64,000 nt of DNA from Monocercomonoides exilis PA203 (taxonomy: Eukaryota > Protista > Preaxostyla). Position numbers and translations under genes: made by a program. The notes beneath the pieces are model-generated. The model was not told where the DNA came from. It did no database searches and was given only the letters and a program-made list of their open reading frames with translations. Position 1 is the stretch's first letter; each line of letters starts with the position of its first letter. Of this stretch, positions 41,681-52,823 are shown in pieces. The stretch is taken from the NCBI GenBank assembly GCA_001643675.2, contig LSRY02000022.1, positions 868,001 through 932,000 of the forward strand, written 5' to 3'.

Positions 41681-42723
41681 ATGGCGTATCCTGAAGATGA
41701 AAAAGATAATAATTTTTAACTTTTGAAAACATTTACTGATGAAGAAAAGGCTTGGCAGTGGTTTTATTTATTTGCTTCACAAGACAAACATCCAGAGCGT
41801 GCTATTCACCATAACAGTTTGGCTAATTGAATGAAAAAGAAACTTACAGATATTGGATGTGCTGCAAATGCAACAAAAAACGGACAGTTTTCAAAAATTC
41901 AATATTAGAAAACAACAAAATTGACCTGGGCAAATTCTTTTTAATCGTTTTATTTCTATGGCAAGGGCTAATGCAAACTTATATAAGTTCTATTAAAGAA
42001 GTTGGTCCAAAAATTGTGGGATATTGGAGTAGTTTTCATCGTGTTGAGTGCGTGAAAATCATTAATCGAAACCCTATCATGATTGGTAGTGTTGGAAAAA
42101 CAGTTGAAATCGACGAATGTATTAGGAGAAGAAGAAAGTTTAAGAGAGGCTGTAGAAAAAAGCAGATATGGATATTTGGGGGAATTGAAAGAAATGAAGA
42201 TAAGAAAATTACAAAAAGAAGATTTGTTTTTATTGTTCCTTACAGAAGTTCCGAAACACTTGTTCTACTAAAAAAATCTCATATCCATCCAGGAACCACA
42301 ATGATGAGCGATGAATGGCATGCGTACAGCAGCTTGAAGGATCATGGCCACATTCATCAAACAGTGAATCATTCAAATAATTTTGTGGATCCAATTAAGC
42401 AGGAATGCACATATCCAGTGGAAGGAATGCGGTCACATCTGAGATCTTTTTTTCCAAGACATGGCATAAGAGAGAAATATATAGGAGACTATCTTTCTTT
42501 TTGGATGGTGAAAAAAACTGTGAAAGTTTCTTTTATGGATATTGTGGGATATATCGTCTATGGAAGAGAAAATGAGAGAGAAATCATTGAAGAAGAAGAA
42601 GAAATCGAAAATGACGTTCCTGATACAGATGACATAGATGATATTTCTGTTCCAGAAGATGAAAATTCTTCAAGTGATGAGATTTCTGATGGAGATAATG
42701 CATCAAATTGGAGCGAAGATTAA
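41681..42723 (+). pseudogene. Merlin / IS1016-like (IS1595 family DDE) transposase, 5' frameshifted
   Basis: CxxC motif, VEIDE, WIFGGIER, IHPGTTMMSDEWHAY, HQTVNHS..FVDP, VEGMRSHLR. Probable right end ...CCTATATATTGACCCC at 42926. Confidence 0.88.
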
Positions 42724-42926
42724 TTGATTTTCAATTCATTTTAATTTTGACACAAAAATGAATTTTTTATTTGAATTTTTATTTTTCTATTTTTTTCAAA
42801 TCATCAATTTCATATTCGTTAAACATGTAAATAATGAAATAACATATGTATTCAAATAATTTGATATCACTTAAAATGAAAAAATTTCACTTCGATTAAA
42901 TCCCATCTAACCTATATATTGACCCC

Positions 42927-44576
42927 TTCAGAGAAGTTTTCTAGTTTGCCATTTTATTTGGATCGAACAATTCCGAACAAATTTGAGTTTTTTTGAAGAA
43001 TTGTTTTCTGAGCTGGAATATTGTACCAACGATGAACAGAAACGGAAAATCCTTGAAATGAACGAACTGGCGGAAGAAATAGATGATAAAAAATTCAAAT
43101 CAGTTTGCACGAAAAACTTGTTCGACAAAATGGACAAAATGATTGATGAAGAGAAAATTTCAATGGAAAATGCATTATTATTGTTGAGGCACGTAGGATA
43201 TCGTCATTTGCTTGTGTATATATGGCATCTTCCTTTATTCTATACTTCATTGAGCAAAAGATTTGGGAGATGATTATTGATGAAAATGGGAAAAATGTTG
43301 AAGATAATGAAAAAATGATGATTGATCTTTGTGAATGTTGCCTGCTACTCTCCGATGGCTATATGGGTGATTCTTTTTGAAATCATAACTTTTTTCGGTG
43401 TGCTGTTATTTCAAAGATTGTTTGCCATTGGGTTTAGTTTTTTCATTCAAGTGCTTAACATATCAGAACTGTTTCAAAAACAAATGTTCAAGCTGAATTG
43501 AAAACGATGGGCTTATGAAAATGCTATTTCTCTTTTCAATGTTCATTTGTTAATATTCAAGGGAGTTTTTTCGAACCGAAATTTTTGAATGGAAAAATAT
43601 GACATCAAAAATAATCACCCATATATCAAAAGATTGTGCTTCTATTTGTATGTCTTGCCTTCTGAAAGTTGCATAAAAGAAAGAGGAAAATGAAGAAACG
43701 CAAATGGAAGTGGAAATGATTTTACTGATTTTGAGCATGATCGTAGACTTTGTATGAGCATTTCGATTTCATTTTCAAACTGTTAATTATTTTCCCTCAT
43801 TTTTTAAAAAGAAACTTAAGCAAGAGCTGTTTTTGACTGAAATCAAAGAAATCATCAAATATCATCAGGAACACAATAATCTGACACGACTTGCTTATCA
43901 GTCAGCGTGGCAGTTTTTGTTGGGCAGATTTTACAGCGATAAAAGCTTAGAAGGAGTTATTGTGAATGTGCTGCATTTGGTGAGAGAGGCAAGAAGAGAA
44001 GTGGAAGAACTGATGAAATGCATATATTTGAAAAAGAAAGCAGAAGAGGAAGGAGGAAAAGTTATGAAAGAAGATGGTGTTTTGATGAGATGGCTCGGTG
44101 TAATTGATTATTTCTTATATCAATGCGAAATGTGGAATGAAGAATATGCTGAGCTTATTGGCAGCATTGTTCAGGTATTTCGAGCATCAAAGACAAAATA
44201 CCCATTCTTTCTGGCCAGATGAATTGAATCTTTAATAAATGTATCAAATAATAGATCTGTGAAAATTGGAGTTTTTTTGAATGAAGGGGTCGTTGATCTC
44301 TTTTTGGAGGAGATTCAGGAACAAACACTTGATGAAGAGAAGACAAGTGATTGCTTGAAATTTTTTGAATCTCTTTCAACAAGATTTAAAGAAGAAAAGA
44401 AAGATGAAATGGAAGAAGTGGAAAGAAAAGAGTTGAAAAGGAAAGCACTTGAAAAGATGGAAGAAGAAGGATACGAAGATATCATCATTAGCTTTCATGA
44501 AACATTTGATTTTCTTCAACAAAAATATTTTTATGAATTATCTTCAAACATTTTTAATTATTTTGTGTTTATTTGA
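42927..44576 (+). pseudogene. Expanded helical protein family, copy 4 (5' exon truncated, MITE-disrupted)
   Basis: LFSELEYCTNDEQKRKI, LTRLAYQSAWQFL, EKMEEEGYEDIIISFH. Frameshifts and a MITE at 43364-43621. Confidence 0.88.
43364..43621. mobile_element. 258-bp MITE (TA TSD), copy 2, inverted relative to copy 1
   Basis: TA-TGGGTGATTCTTTTTGA...TCAAAAATAATCACCCA-TA. Removal with one TA restores the local frame DGYISKDCASIC. Confidence 0.88.
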
Positions 44577-44899
44577 AGAAACGCATTGAATTTTGTAACT
44601 CAACAGTTTTATTTTATTCTTTTTTTTCATCTTTTCACAAGAGCGAAAACAAACGCTCATTTGAATGATATTTTTTAAGATATTTTGTTTTTCATTCCAC
44701 TTCATTTCATCAAAATGAAGAAACAAAAAATAGAAAAAAAGATAAAATTTCAATTTTCTTCCAAAAATAATGTACCTCAAATAACTTGTCAACTCAAAAG
44801 TTGTGTGAAAAAAAATAAAAACTCTTGAAAAAGTTTGTTTATCTTCGGCAACAACCTCATTAATATCTTTTGAGAAGTTTTGCGTTCCACCAGCTTCTT

Positions 44900-47090
44900 T
44901 CTTTGTTTTTCCATGTTTCACTTGATTTCATTGAACGAAGAAGACCAAACAAAATCCATTTCACAATCAGAGTATTTGAAATTCGAATGTGAATGAAAAG
45001 AATATCAGACTTTCTTTTATCAACAGGCTTGCCAATTGCTGCTTCAATTCCACAAATGTCCATCTTTCCCAAATGCACCACCTTTCTCTTTCCCCTCCCA
45101 CATGCCTCACCAAACAGTCATTCAGAACGTGATGTCCACACTCAATTCCAAATGAGCAAGAGAAAAGAAGACTTCACAAAAAGTGAAGATGAAGAATTAA
45201 CATTCTCTCGAGAGGTTGTTATTTTCTGTCTAAAGATTTTCATTAGTTTTTTTTTTCCTTCATTCTTTGACAACCCAGTGTCCTCAGACAACATGATTTT
45301 TTTTTGACGCATTTCGAAAGGATGCGGTTGCTCCATCAAAATTCTGTAGATAAAATTCTAATTGAAATTCAAATGCTTTCTTTGATGAACATGAAAATGA
45401 TGATGGAACTGAGAAGAAAGGAGAAAGAAGAAAACGAAAGATAAATTGCATGTGTTGTTTTTCATGTTTGTTGAAATGCTTTTTGTGAAAAATTTGAAAT
45501 ATTGTTATTTCTTCAATGACCACAATAAATGAAGTGAAATGACTGTTTTAATTGTGACGTTGATGAGGAAGATGAAGAAGATGAGACGGATGAAAAAGAA
45601 GAAGAAGAAGAAGATGAGGAAGATGAGGAAGATGAGGAAGATGAGGAAGATGAGGAAGATGAGGAAGATGAGGAAGATGAGGAAGATGAGGAAGATGAGG
45701 AAGATGAAGAAGATGAAGAAGAGAAAGGAGGGAAGGGAAGTGAAGGGGAGAAGGGGAGAAGGGGAAGGAGGAGGAGGAAGAGGAGGAAGAGAAGGAAGAG
45801 AAGGAAGAGAAGGAAGAGAAGGAAGAGAAGGAAGAGAAGGAAGAGAAGGAAGAGAAGGAAGAGGAGGAGGAATTGAAGTGGAATGATAATCTCTTAATAT
45901 TTAGTCGGATTGAAATGCAGGAGAAGGAGAAGGAGAAGGTGAAGAAGAAAGTGAAGAAAAATAGAAGATGTAAGCTTTTCCAAGTCATGTTTGGCGATAG
46001 AAAAAACTGAATGTGTTCTGAATGCGAATGCCCAGCCCAATCATCAGCCCCGACAAAAGAGTCGCTTCTGCCAAACACTCTCAAAATAAGCCAAATAAAC
46101 TGCTTTTCTCTTTCTTGCAAACTCATGTTAAGCATTGTCAGGCTTTGCGTCATACAAAACGGATGGCAAAAGTCACGAATATCATCATTGAATGTAATCC
46201 AAACAGGGATAATCCCAAAACTTATGGTTCTTTCGAGAAATGTAAAGAAGGTCTCTTTTCGCATCATTCCTGTTCATGACCAATCTGTATTTATTCAAAG
46301 AACACATTTAAAGAAACATGAATGAAGTAAATAAATCAAACTATCTTTTTGGTATTTAAATATTTTCCCATCTCCAATGGACTGGTAATTATCAGTCCAG
46401 CTGGCTTTCTTGTTCTCCAAAATTGTCTCCCACCACATAAAAAAACAGACGACTGGATAATAAATAGCCAGAAATGAACGTCATCGAACACAGAGAATCC
46501 CTTGTGAAACCAATCATTATATCAGATGAAAACACATATTCTCCATATTAACTCCTTTTCAAAGACTTGTTCAACGTCAAGTCTTTGCTGATAGCTTTCC
46601 AACTTGCTTAGTGCAAAATGCAAATGTCATTGTTGTTGAGGCCTGCTGAGTGTTTTGCTCAACTCGTTTCCTCCATTGTCCAACCCCCAATTCCCTTTCC
46701 TTTTCCACAAAACCAACCTTTTCCCCAAAAACCATGTTAAACAAATCCTGCTCAAATGATATGCCAAGTACACTGCACTTCCCTGAAATGACAAAGCGGT
46801 TCAATTCAATCTTTCTGATATTCTGCTCGCTTTTTCTGCATCTTCCGAAAGCTATTTTTCATTCAAAAAATCGCAGTTGATGTTGTATCATATGTTTTGC
46901 GATATATAACCAAGTTCAAATTTCATGCAATTTCCTCCACTAATTCACTTTTCGCAAACAATCGATGCAAACAGCCACTCGCTCATCCATTTGTGAGCAA
47001 AATCCCTGTTCTTCTGTGTCGATATAACTCGCATGGGCGTATCTGTGGTCGTGCTCAATAGTGCTCAAACATGCTCTGGCTGCGACAAAT
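44900..47090 (-). pseudogene. Decayed gene remnant, possibly of the beta-helix surface-protein class
   Basis: Fragmented ORFs with GKD/CGIEA and DYPC-like pieces; interrupted by 9-mer repeats. Confidence 0.3.
45612..45865 (+). repeat. (GATGAGGAA)n and (GAAGGAAGA)n 9-mer tandem repeats
   Basis: Directly visible tandem arrays. Confidence 0.9.
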
Positions 47091-47449
47091 CACCAATAAA
47101 AAATCATCTGTAATAAAATTATAGGTTGCATACCCTTATTTATTTTGACAAAAACAAGATTATTTTGTTTCATTGATTTGCTGTTTTGAAGCAAAAATTA
47201 GTGATGGCAAAAGAGGTTTCGAATCCTGTGTTGTTTAAAAATTTTTGATTTGATGTTTTTAATTCTTTTAATTCGAATATTCAACGAATAATTCGAAAAT
47301 GAATTTATTTGTTGTTTTTGATTCATTTTGTGATTTCACAGCCAACTTCAAAAAGTCAAATATATCTTGGTTTGCAAAGTGTTATAAGAAATAGTTGGTT
47401 TAAAAAATAAATGCTTCTTTTTTCTCTTTTAATTTTTTGATTTTTTTAG

Positions 47450-48738
47450 AGAAATTTTCACAGTTGGAACAATTCACTGAAGCAGAACAGAAACAGAAAA
47501 TCGTTGAAATGAATAAAATGATTGATGGAATGAATAAAGAAGAATTCAAATCCGTTTTCACAGAAGAAACATTCAACAAAATAGAAAAAATGATTGAAGA
47601 AAAGAAAATGTCAATAGAAAATGCAATTTTGCTGCTGAAGCATGTCGGATATTGCAATGTGCTGAATGAGTTATTTCTTGATGGATTTGATTATTCTTCA
47701 TTGAGCAAAAGATTTAAAAAGATGATTATTACTGAAGATGAGAAGAAAAGTAAAGAAAAGAACGAAAAGCTTCTTGTTGATCTTTGCGAATGCTATCTTT
47801 TGCTGAATGATAAAAACGTTTCCAAATTATTTTCGATTTGCGTGCCATATCTTCTGAAGGTCGCCTTGAACAAGGAGAAAAACGAGGGAATGCAAAAAGA
47901 AGCGGAAATGGCTTTGCTGGCTTTAAGTTCTATAGATGAATTTTATGTATGGGCGTTTCTTATTCCATTTTGATATCATAGATTTTATTCACTTTTTGTA
48001 AAATAGAATTTTAAAAAAGATTTGTTTTTGAATGAGATCAAAGAAATTATCAAACTTCATTGGGAGCATCACAACCTAACTCTTCTTGCCTATCAGTCTG
48101 CTTGGAGGTTTTTGATGAACAGATTTGAAAACGATAAATAGTTGGAAGAAATAATTGTGAATGAGCTGCATTTTGTGAGAGAGGCGGCAAAAGAACTGGA
48201 AGAATCATCGAGAAGTGTTGATTGGAATAGAAATGAAGAAGAAAATGGAAGAATTGAAGAGATAGTAATCAGGAGATGGATATGTGTAATTATTTATTAC
48301 TTATGCTCATGTCAATTGCGGAACGAAGAATCCGCTGGGCTTATCAGATGCATTGTTCAGATATTTCGAGCATCAAGAGACAATTACAAAGAATTTAGCG
48401 TTCATTGCCTTTATTTATTCGGAGAAGCAGCAGAAAGCAGAAACGTGAAAACTTATGACTTGTTGAAAGGAGGAGTTGTTGATGCTGTTTTGGAAGAAAT
48501 GAAGCAATCAACTTTGGATGACGAAATTTTATGGAAATGTTTTGTTTTCTTTACGTTCGCTTCAAGAAGATTGAAAGAAAAGAATGATGAAGAAATTGAA
48601 AAAGTAAAATTATGTAAAGCTAAGATTGAATTGTTTGAAAAGTTGGAAGAAGAAGGATACGATGATGCATTGCAAGCTTTCAATAAAAATAACTTTTTGT
48701 TCGCAGAAAGTTTTGCTATTATCGTTCATTATCGTTGA
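47450..48738 (+). pseudogene. Expanded helical protein family, copy 5 (premature TAG in exon 3)
   Basis: Exon 2 ends at ~47946, followed by a GT-AG intron and exon 3 from ~48008 with an in-frame TAG at 48139-48141. Motifs LLVDLCECY, LAYQSAW, GGVVDAVLEE, FEKLEEEGYDD. First exon not resolved. Confidence 0.82.
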
Positions 48739-49181
48739 AAATTACTGGTTTTTTTTGTGAAAGTCTGAGTAAACACTTTGAATTTTGTAACTCATAATTT
48801 TTATTTTTCATTTTTCATCTTTTCACAGAATAGAAAACGGACAGTCGTTTGAATCTTTATTAAAAGGTTTTCATTTTCTTAATACCAAAAAGCCAAAACT
48901 CAAATAGAAAGTAAAAAGCGTTGAATAACAAAAAAGAAAGAAAAAATCATAAAAAAGACTGAAAGGAATACAAACTGCCAAAATGTTTTCAATATCCCAC
49001 AAAAAAAGCAAAGAAAAGAAAATCATTCATTTTCTTTCTCTAAAAAACGGCTATTATTCTTTTTGCAAAGATATCCAATTGCCTGCAAGAAAAACCTAAT
49101 TGTTGCAGAGCCAAAAGGACATTCGCCTTCAATGAAAATTTGGCTTCCTTGATGAAGCCATCTTTGCATCGAAGACTTTTT

Positions 49182-49478
49182 TTAAATGAGATTGATCATC
49201 GAGTTTGTGGTTTCGCAATAACACTGATTTCCACCTTTCAGTCTCAGCACAAGGTGAAGTGTTGCTTCTTTCAGAATGCCGTAGTCCTCTATTGTTTTTT
49301 TGTCCAAGAGCTGCTTGCCCGAAAAGATTATTCTTTGCTCCGTCCACGGGATCCGCTCTTTTTCTTCAACAAGTTTCTTCACTTTTTCAATTGTGTCCTG
49401 CTTTGAAACCATCAGCGCAAGTGTTTTTCCTTCAAGTGACCTCACAAAAATCTGGAATTTGTCGTTTGAAACAGACAT
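49182..49478 (-). CDS. Divergent ubiquitin-like domain protein with C-terminal extension
   Basis: About 45/76 identities to ubiquitin by manual alignment. Ends [11 protein letters not shown], followed by 15 further residues. Confidence 0.75.
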   Translation of the reverse strand: MSVSNDKFQIFVRSLEGKTLALMVSKQDTIEKVKKLVEEKERIPWTEQRIIFSGKQLLDKKTIEDYGILKEATLHLVLRLKGGNQCYCETTNSMINLI

Positions 49479-51046
49479 TTTGGTGACAAAAATAAATCTG
49501 GATTTCTGGCGATTCCGGATTCATCCCAACCCATATGAAATATTTGTGAGATATTTGATGGATCGTGTTTTTCTCGGGAAAGAAAATGGAATCTGAACAT
49601 TTCCGCGAGCTTCTCGAACACACCTCGGCTTTAGCAGGCATTTTCTTTGTATTGGTGCTGGAGGCTTCATTCGAGTTGTTGGGCAACAACAAATTGTTTT
49701 ATGACTGGCCAATGCGTTTGTGGCATTTTATTGTCATTTTTGTTGTGCAATGATGTGATATATTTTTGTTTCACGATTTTCCTTTTTCCACCAGAAACTT
49801 GAAAGGATGCGAATCCGGAAAGGGATGCTTTTCGAATGCTTTGAAAATGCATTATCTGCTTCATTATTTCCCTGGGGGACTGCATAGCCATCGCTGAAGG
49901 AGGTACAATAATATTATTGTTGGATGCGAACAGTTAGATGTTTGCCATTTTTATTTTATTTTATTTTGTTTTGTTTTTTATTGAAGATGTTTTCATTTGT
50001 ATCCATATCGAAATAGCGAATTCATCAAAGCTTATAAATTTGCAATTCATGTTTACCAAGGCCGAATGCCGAGTTATGGACCAAATTCTACGCTATACGC
50101 AGCACGTGCTCAAACACAAGAATTTATTTGTGAAATGCTTTTGATTCAATACACAATGTGTCGAAATACGTGAAAAATGCCAATGGACAAGGCTGAAATT
50201 AACGGGGTTGGGAAGCTATGAACATAAAAAGGACGAGCGATCAATCTGTATGAAAGAGCGAGTGTTTTTGAAGAAGGATAGGACATTTTGAAGAATTTTG
50301 TTGAGAAATTTAGGGAGATGAATTGAATGGAAAAGAAGGGAATAAGAATGAAACAGGAGATTTGCGGCTGTCACAGCTGAGCAAAGCAAATTTCTTGGGA
50401 GAAGAAAGGGCGAAACATTTGTTTTATGGACTGAGGAGTGCGATTAAACAGCATTTGATTTCTTTGTAAGAAAGCCGAAAATACAAGAGGTAATCAGGCA
50501 GTTTAGCATAATACGGGCAGCTGGATATGGACAATAGGCAAAAGGGATTTGAGTCAATTTACCCTCATCTTTGACCTTATGTTATTGAGAAGTGATCCAC
50601 TAGAGCAGCGTGCAATAAAATAATTTTGAGGAAATTTAATGGCAATTATCTGACATTTGGGTTTGACAGTAGCATCTTCTTCATCTTTGACCGTTTCATA
50701 TATTCTTCATAGTCGCCATTTTATTTTCGTTCATATCACCTCTACAAATGTTACTATTATTTTTCGTTTCGTCAACTTCTCCTTCTGTAATACCTTCTTC
50801 TTCTTTTCTTTCTCATTCTCATCTTTCTTTCCCTTTCTTTCTTTCTCTTTCTCTTTCTTTCTCTTTCTTTCTTTCTCTATTCCCATATTTTTGTGGGAAT
50901 GCTTTCATATCCTTCTTGGTATTGGCTGCAGCCAAGGATTCTTTTGAGGCACAGGATCGCTTGTTGTTGTGTGGAGAGTGTGTCTGTTGCTAAGCACACC
51001 GCTAAAGTTTGTGTGGGGAACGGATGATAATTCAGCTGAAGGAACA

Positions 51047-51106
<60 letters not shown>

Positions 51107-51387
51107 AAATAAAAGTCATGATCTCAAAGATAATCTTCCAAATATGTTTCAAGTTTTTGCTTATTCATCGTTATCATTATTTTTCATAAACTACTTCAAA
51201 AATGTATTTTTTTTTTCATTTTTTTTAAATTCTGACAAAAACTCTGAACGAAACTTACATAAAAATTTTCAAAAACTGCTTGAAGCCAATTTTATTCTGC
51301 ATTTTGTTGCTTTCCAAAATAAAAGATAATTCCTTATATATTCCTGAAAAGAATGTTTTAATGAAAAAATAGATAAGACTGTATCTA

Positions 51388-52190
51388 GGGTCAACTTTTT
51401 AATGGGACTTTTTCCCTTATTGACTGCTTTTTGTTCACAGTTTGTTTTTAATTTTGCTTATTACTTTTTGTTTTTTTACCAAGTTTGGATTGAAATTATC
51501 TGTTTTTAAATTTTTTTAAACATACATTCTAACTTTTGTTAATATGATGGTGAGAAAACACATAAGAACATCATTTCAGTATTTATTAATAAAAAATCAA
51601 AAACAAAAAATTTTGATCTTTTTTGATCTTTTGATCAAAATTTTTTGTTTTTGATTTTTTTATTGAAATACGAAATACTGGACTTAAAGAAGTTAACGGC
51701 GGAGTTAAAATGCAATAATCTTCCACATATATGAAATTGGCTGATTAATTCTAAAGAAAATGTCATATGTGCGGGTTTTTTCCCTTGTGCGGGTTTTTTC
51801 CCTCACCATCATTATATTAACAAAGAAATAATCGGTTTTATGTTAGAATGTTGTTAAAAAAATGAAATGTGAAAAAAACAAGAAAAAAGTGTTTATGAAA
51901 AAAAAGAATTTAAAAGTAGTTAGATAATAGTATTTGCTATTCAAAACATGTATCCAATTTCTTGGACGTTGCCTAGTTGGCTGGTAAAAGTCCTTTCAAA
52001 TTTAACAAAAAAACGTAATTTCTCAATGTGTAATAAGCAAAAATTAAAAAACAAACTGTAATTAAATTGTGTTAAACTTGTAAAAAAGGTTTTTTGAAGT
52101 ACTGAAAGCCAATCAACGTTTGTTGAAAGTTGGCAGTCAAAAACAAAAAAAGTGCCAATAAGGGAAAAAGTCCCATTAAAAAGTTGACCC
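51388..52190. mobile_element. 803-bp foldback-like MITE, TA TSD
   Basis: TA-GGGTCAACTTTTTAATGGGACTTTTTCCCTTATTG...CAATAAGGGAAAAAGTCCCATTAAAAAGTTGACCC-TA (35-bp perfect TIR), with nested internal inverted repeats. Confidence 0.9.
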
Positions 52191-52360
52191 TATTCATTTG
52201 TGAAAATATCAATTATATGTTCAAAACTTTTTTGGCAATATTTCAATTATTAATCTTCCATTGCAATGCTAAGAAAAACAAAAATTTTCCAAAATTGACA
52301 AAAATATATGTATATATTGTGTGGAACAAAATCCAAAAGCTAAAAATTTTATCCCATATT
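52191..52360 (+). repeat. ~185-bp dispersed repeat, copy D (5' few bases at ~51373-51387, split by the MITE)
   Basis: ttcatttgtgaaaatatcaattatatgttcaaaac...gtgtggaacaaaa...atcccatat aligns with copy B. Confidence 0.65.
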
Positions 52361-52823
52361 AGCAAAATTTTATTTTTGATTTATAAAAACAATTTTTCAA
52401 TATCAAATTTTTGAATGAATACAAAAATTGCAATAAAACATTTTATAAATCATTCTTCAAGTGAATAATTCATCATTATCTTAAAAAGAAATACCCATAA
52501 CTAAATACTTCAAATGCGAAATATCATTTCATTTCGTATTCTTACTCACAATCAAGACAAATAACATAAAATTCCGAAAATAATAAATTAATATTTTATG
52601 ATACTTACGCTTTTATTTTGCGTTATAGAAAATTCTGTTGCTGATTCTTCTTTTGAACTTTCCTTTAAAAATGGAGAATTTTCTGGTTTATTGCTGCTAT
52701 TGTGACAATAATTTATATGAATCATTTTCTATTAAGATACATCATATGAACCTTTGTGCGAAGGAAAAAATATCATTGATTTTTTCAAGTTTTATCCAGA
52801 CCTTCTTGATGTGTTTTGCAGAG

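Noticed and set aside
45539-45886. CRISPR-like array or (MRK)n protein
   Set aside because: Simple 9-mer tandem repeats with no spacers; eukaryotic context.
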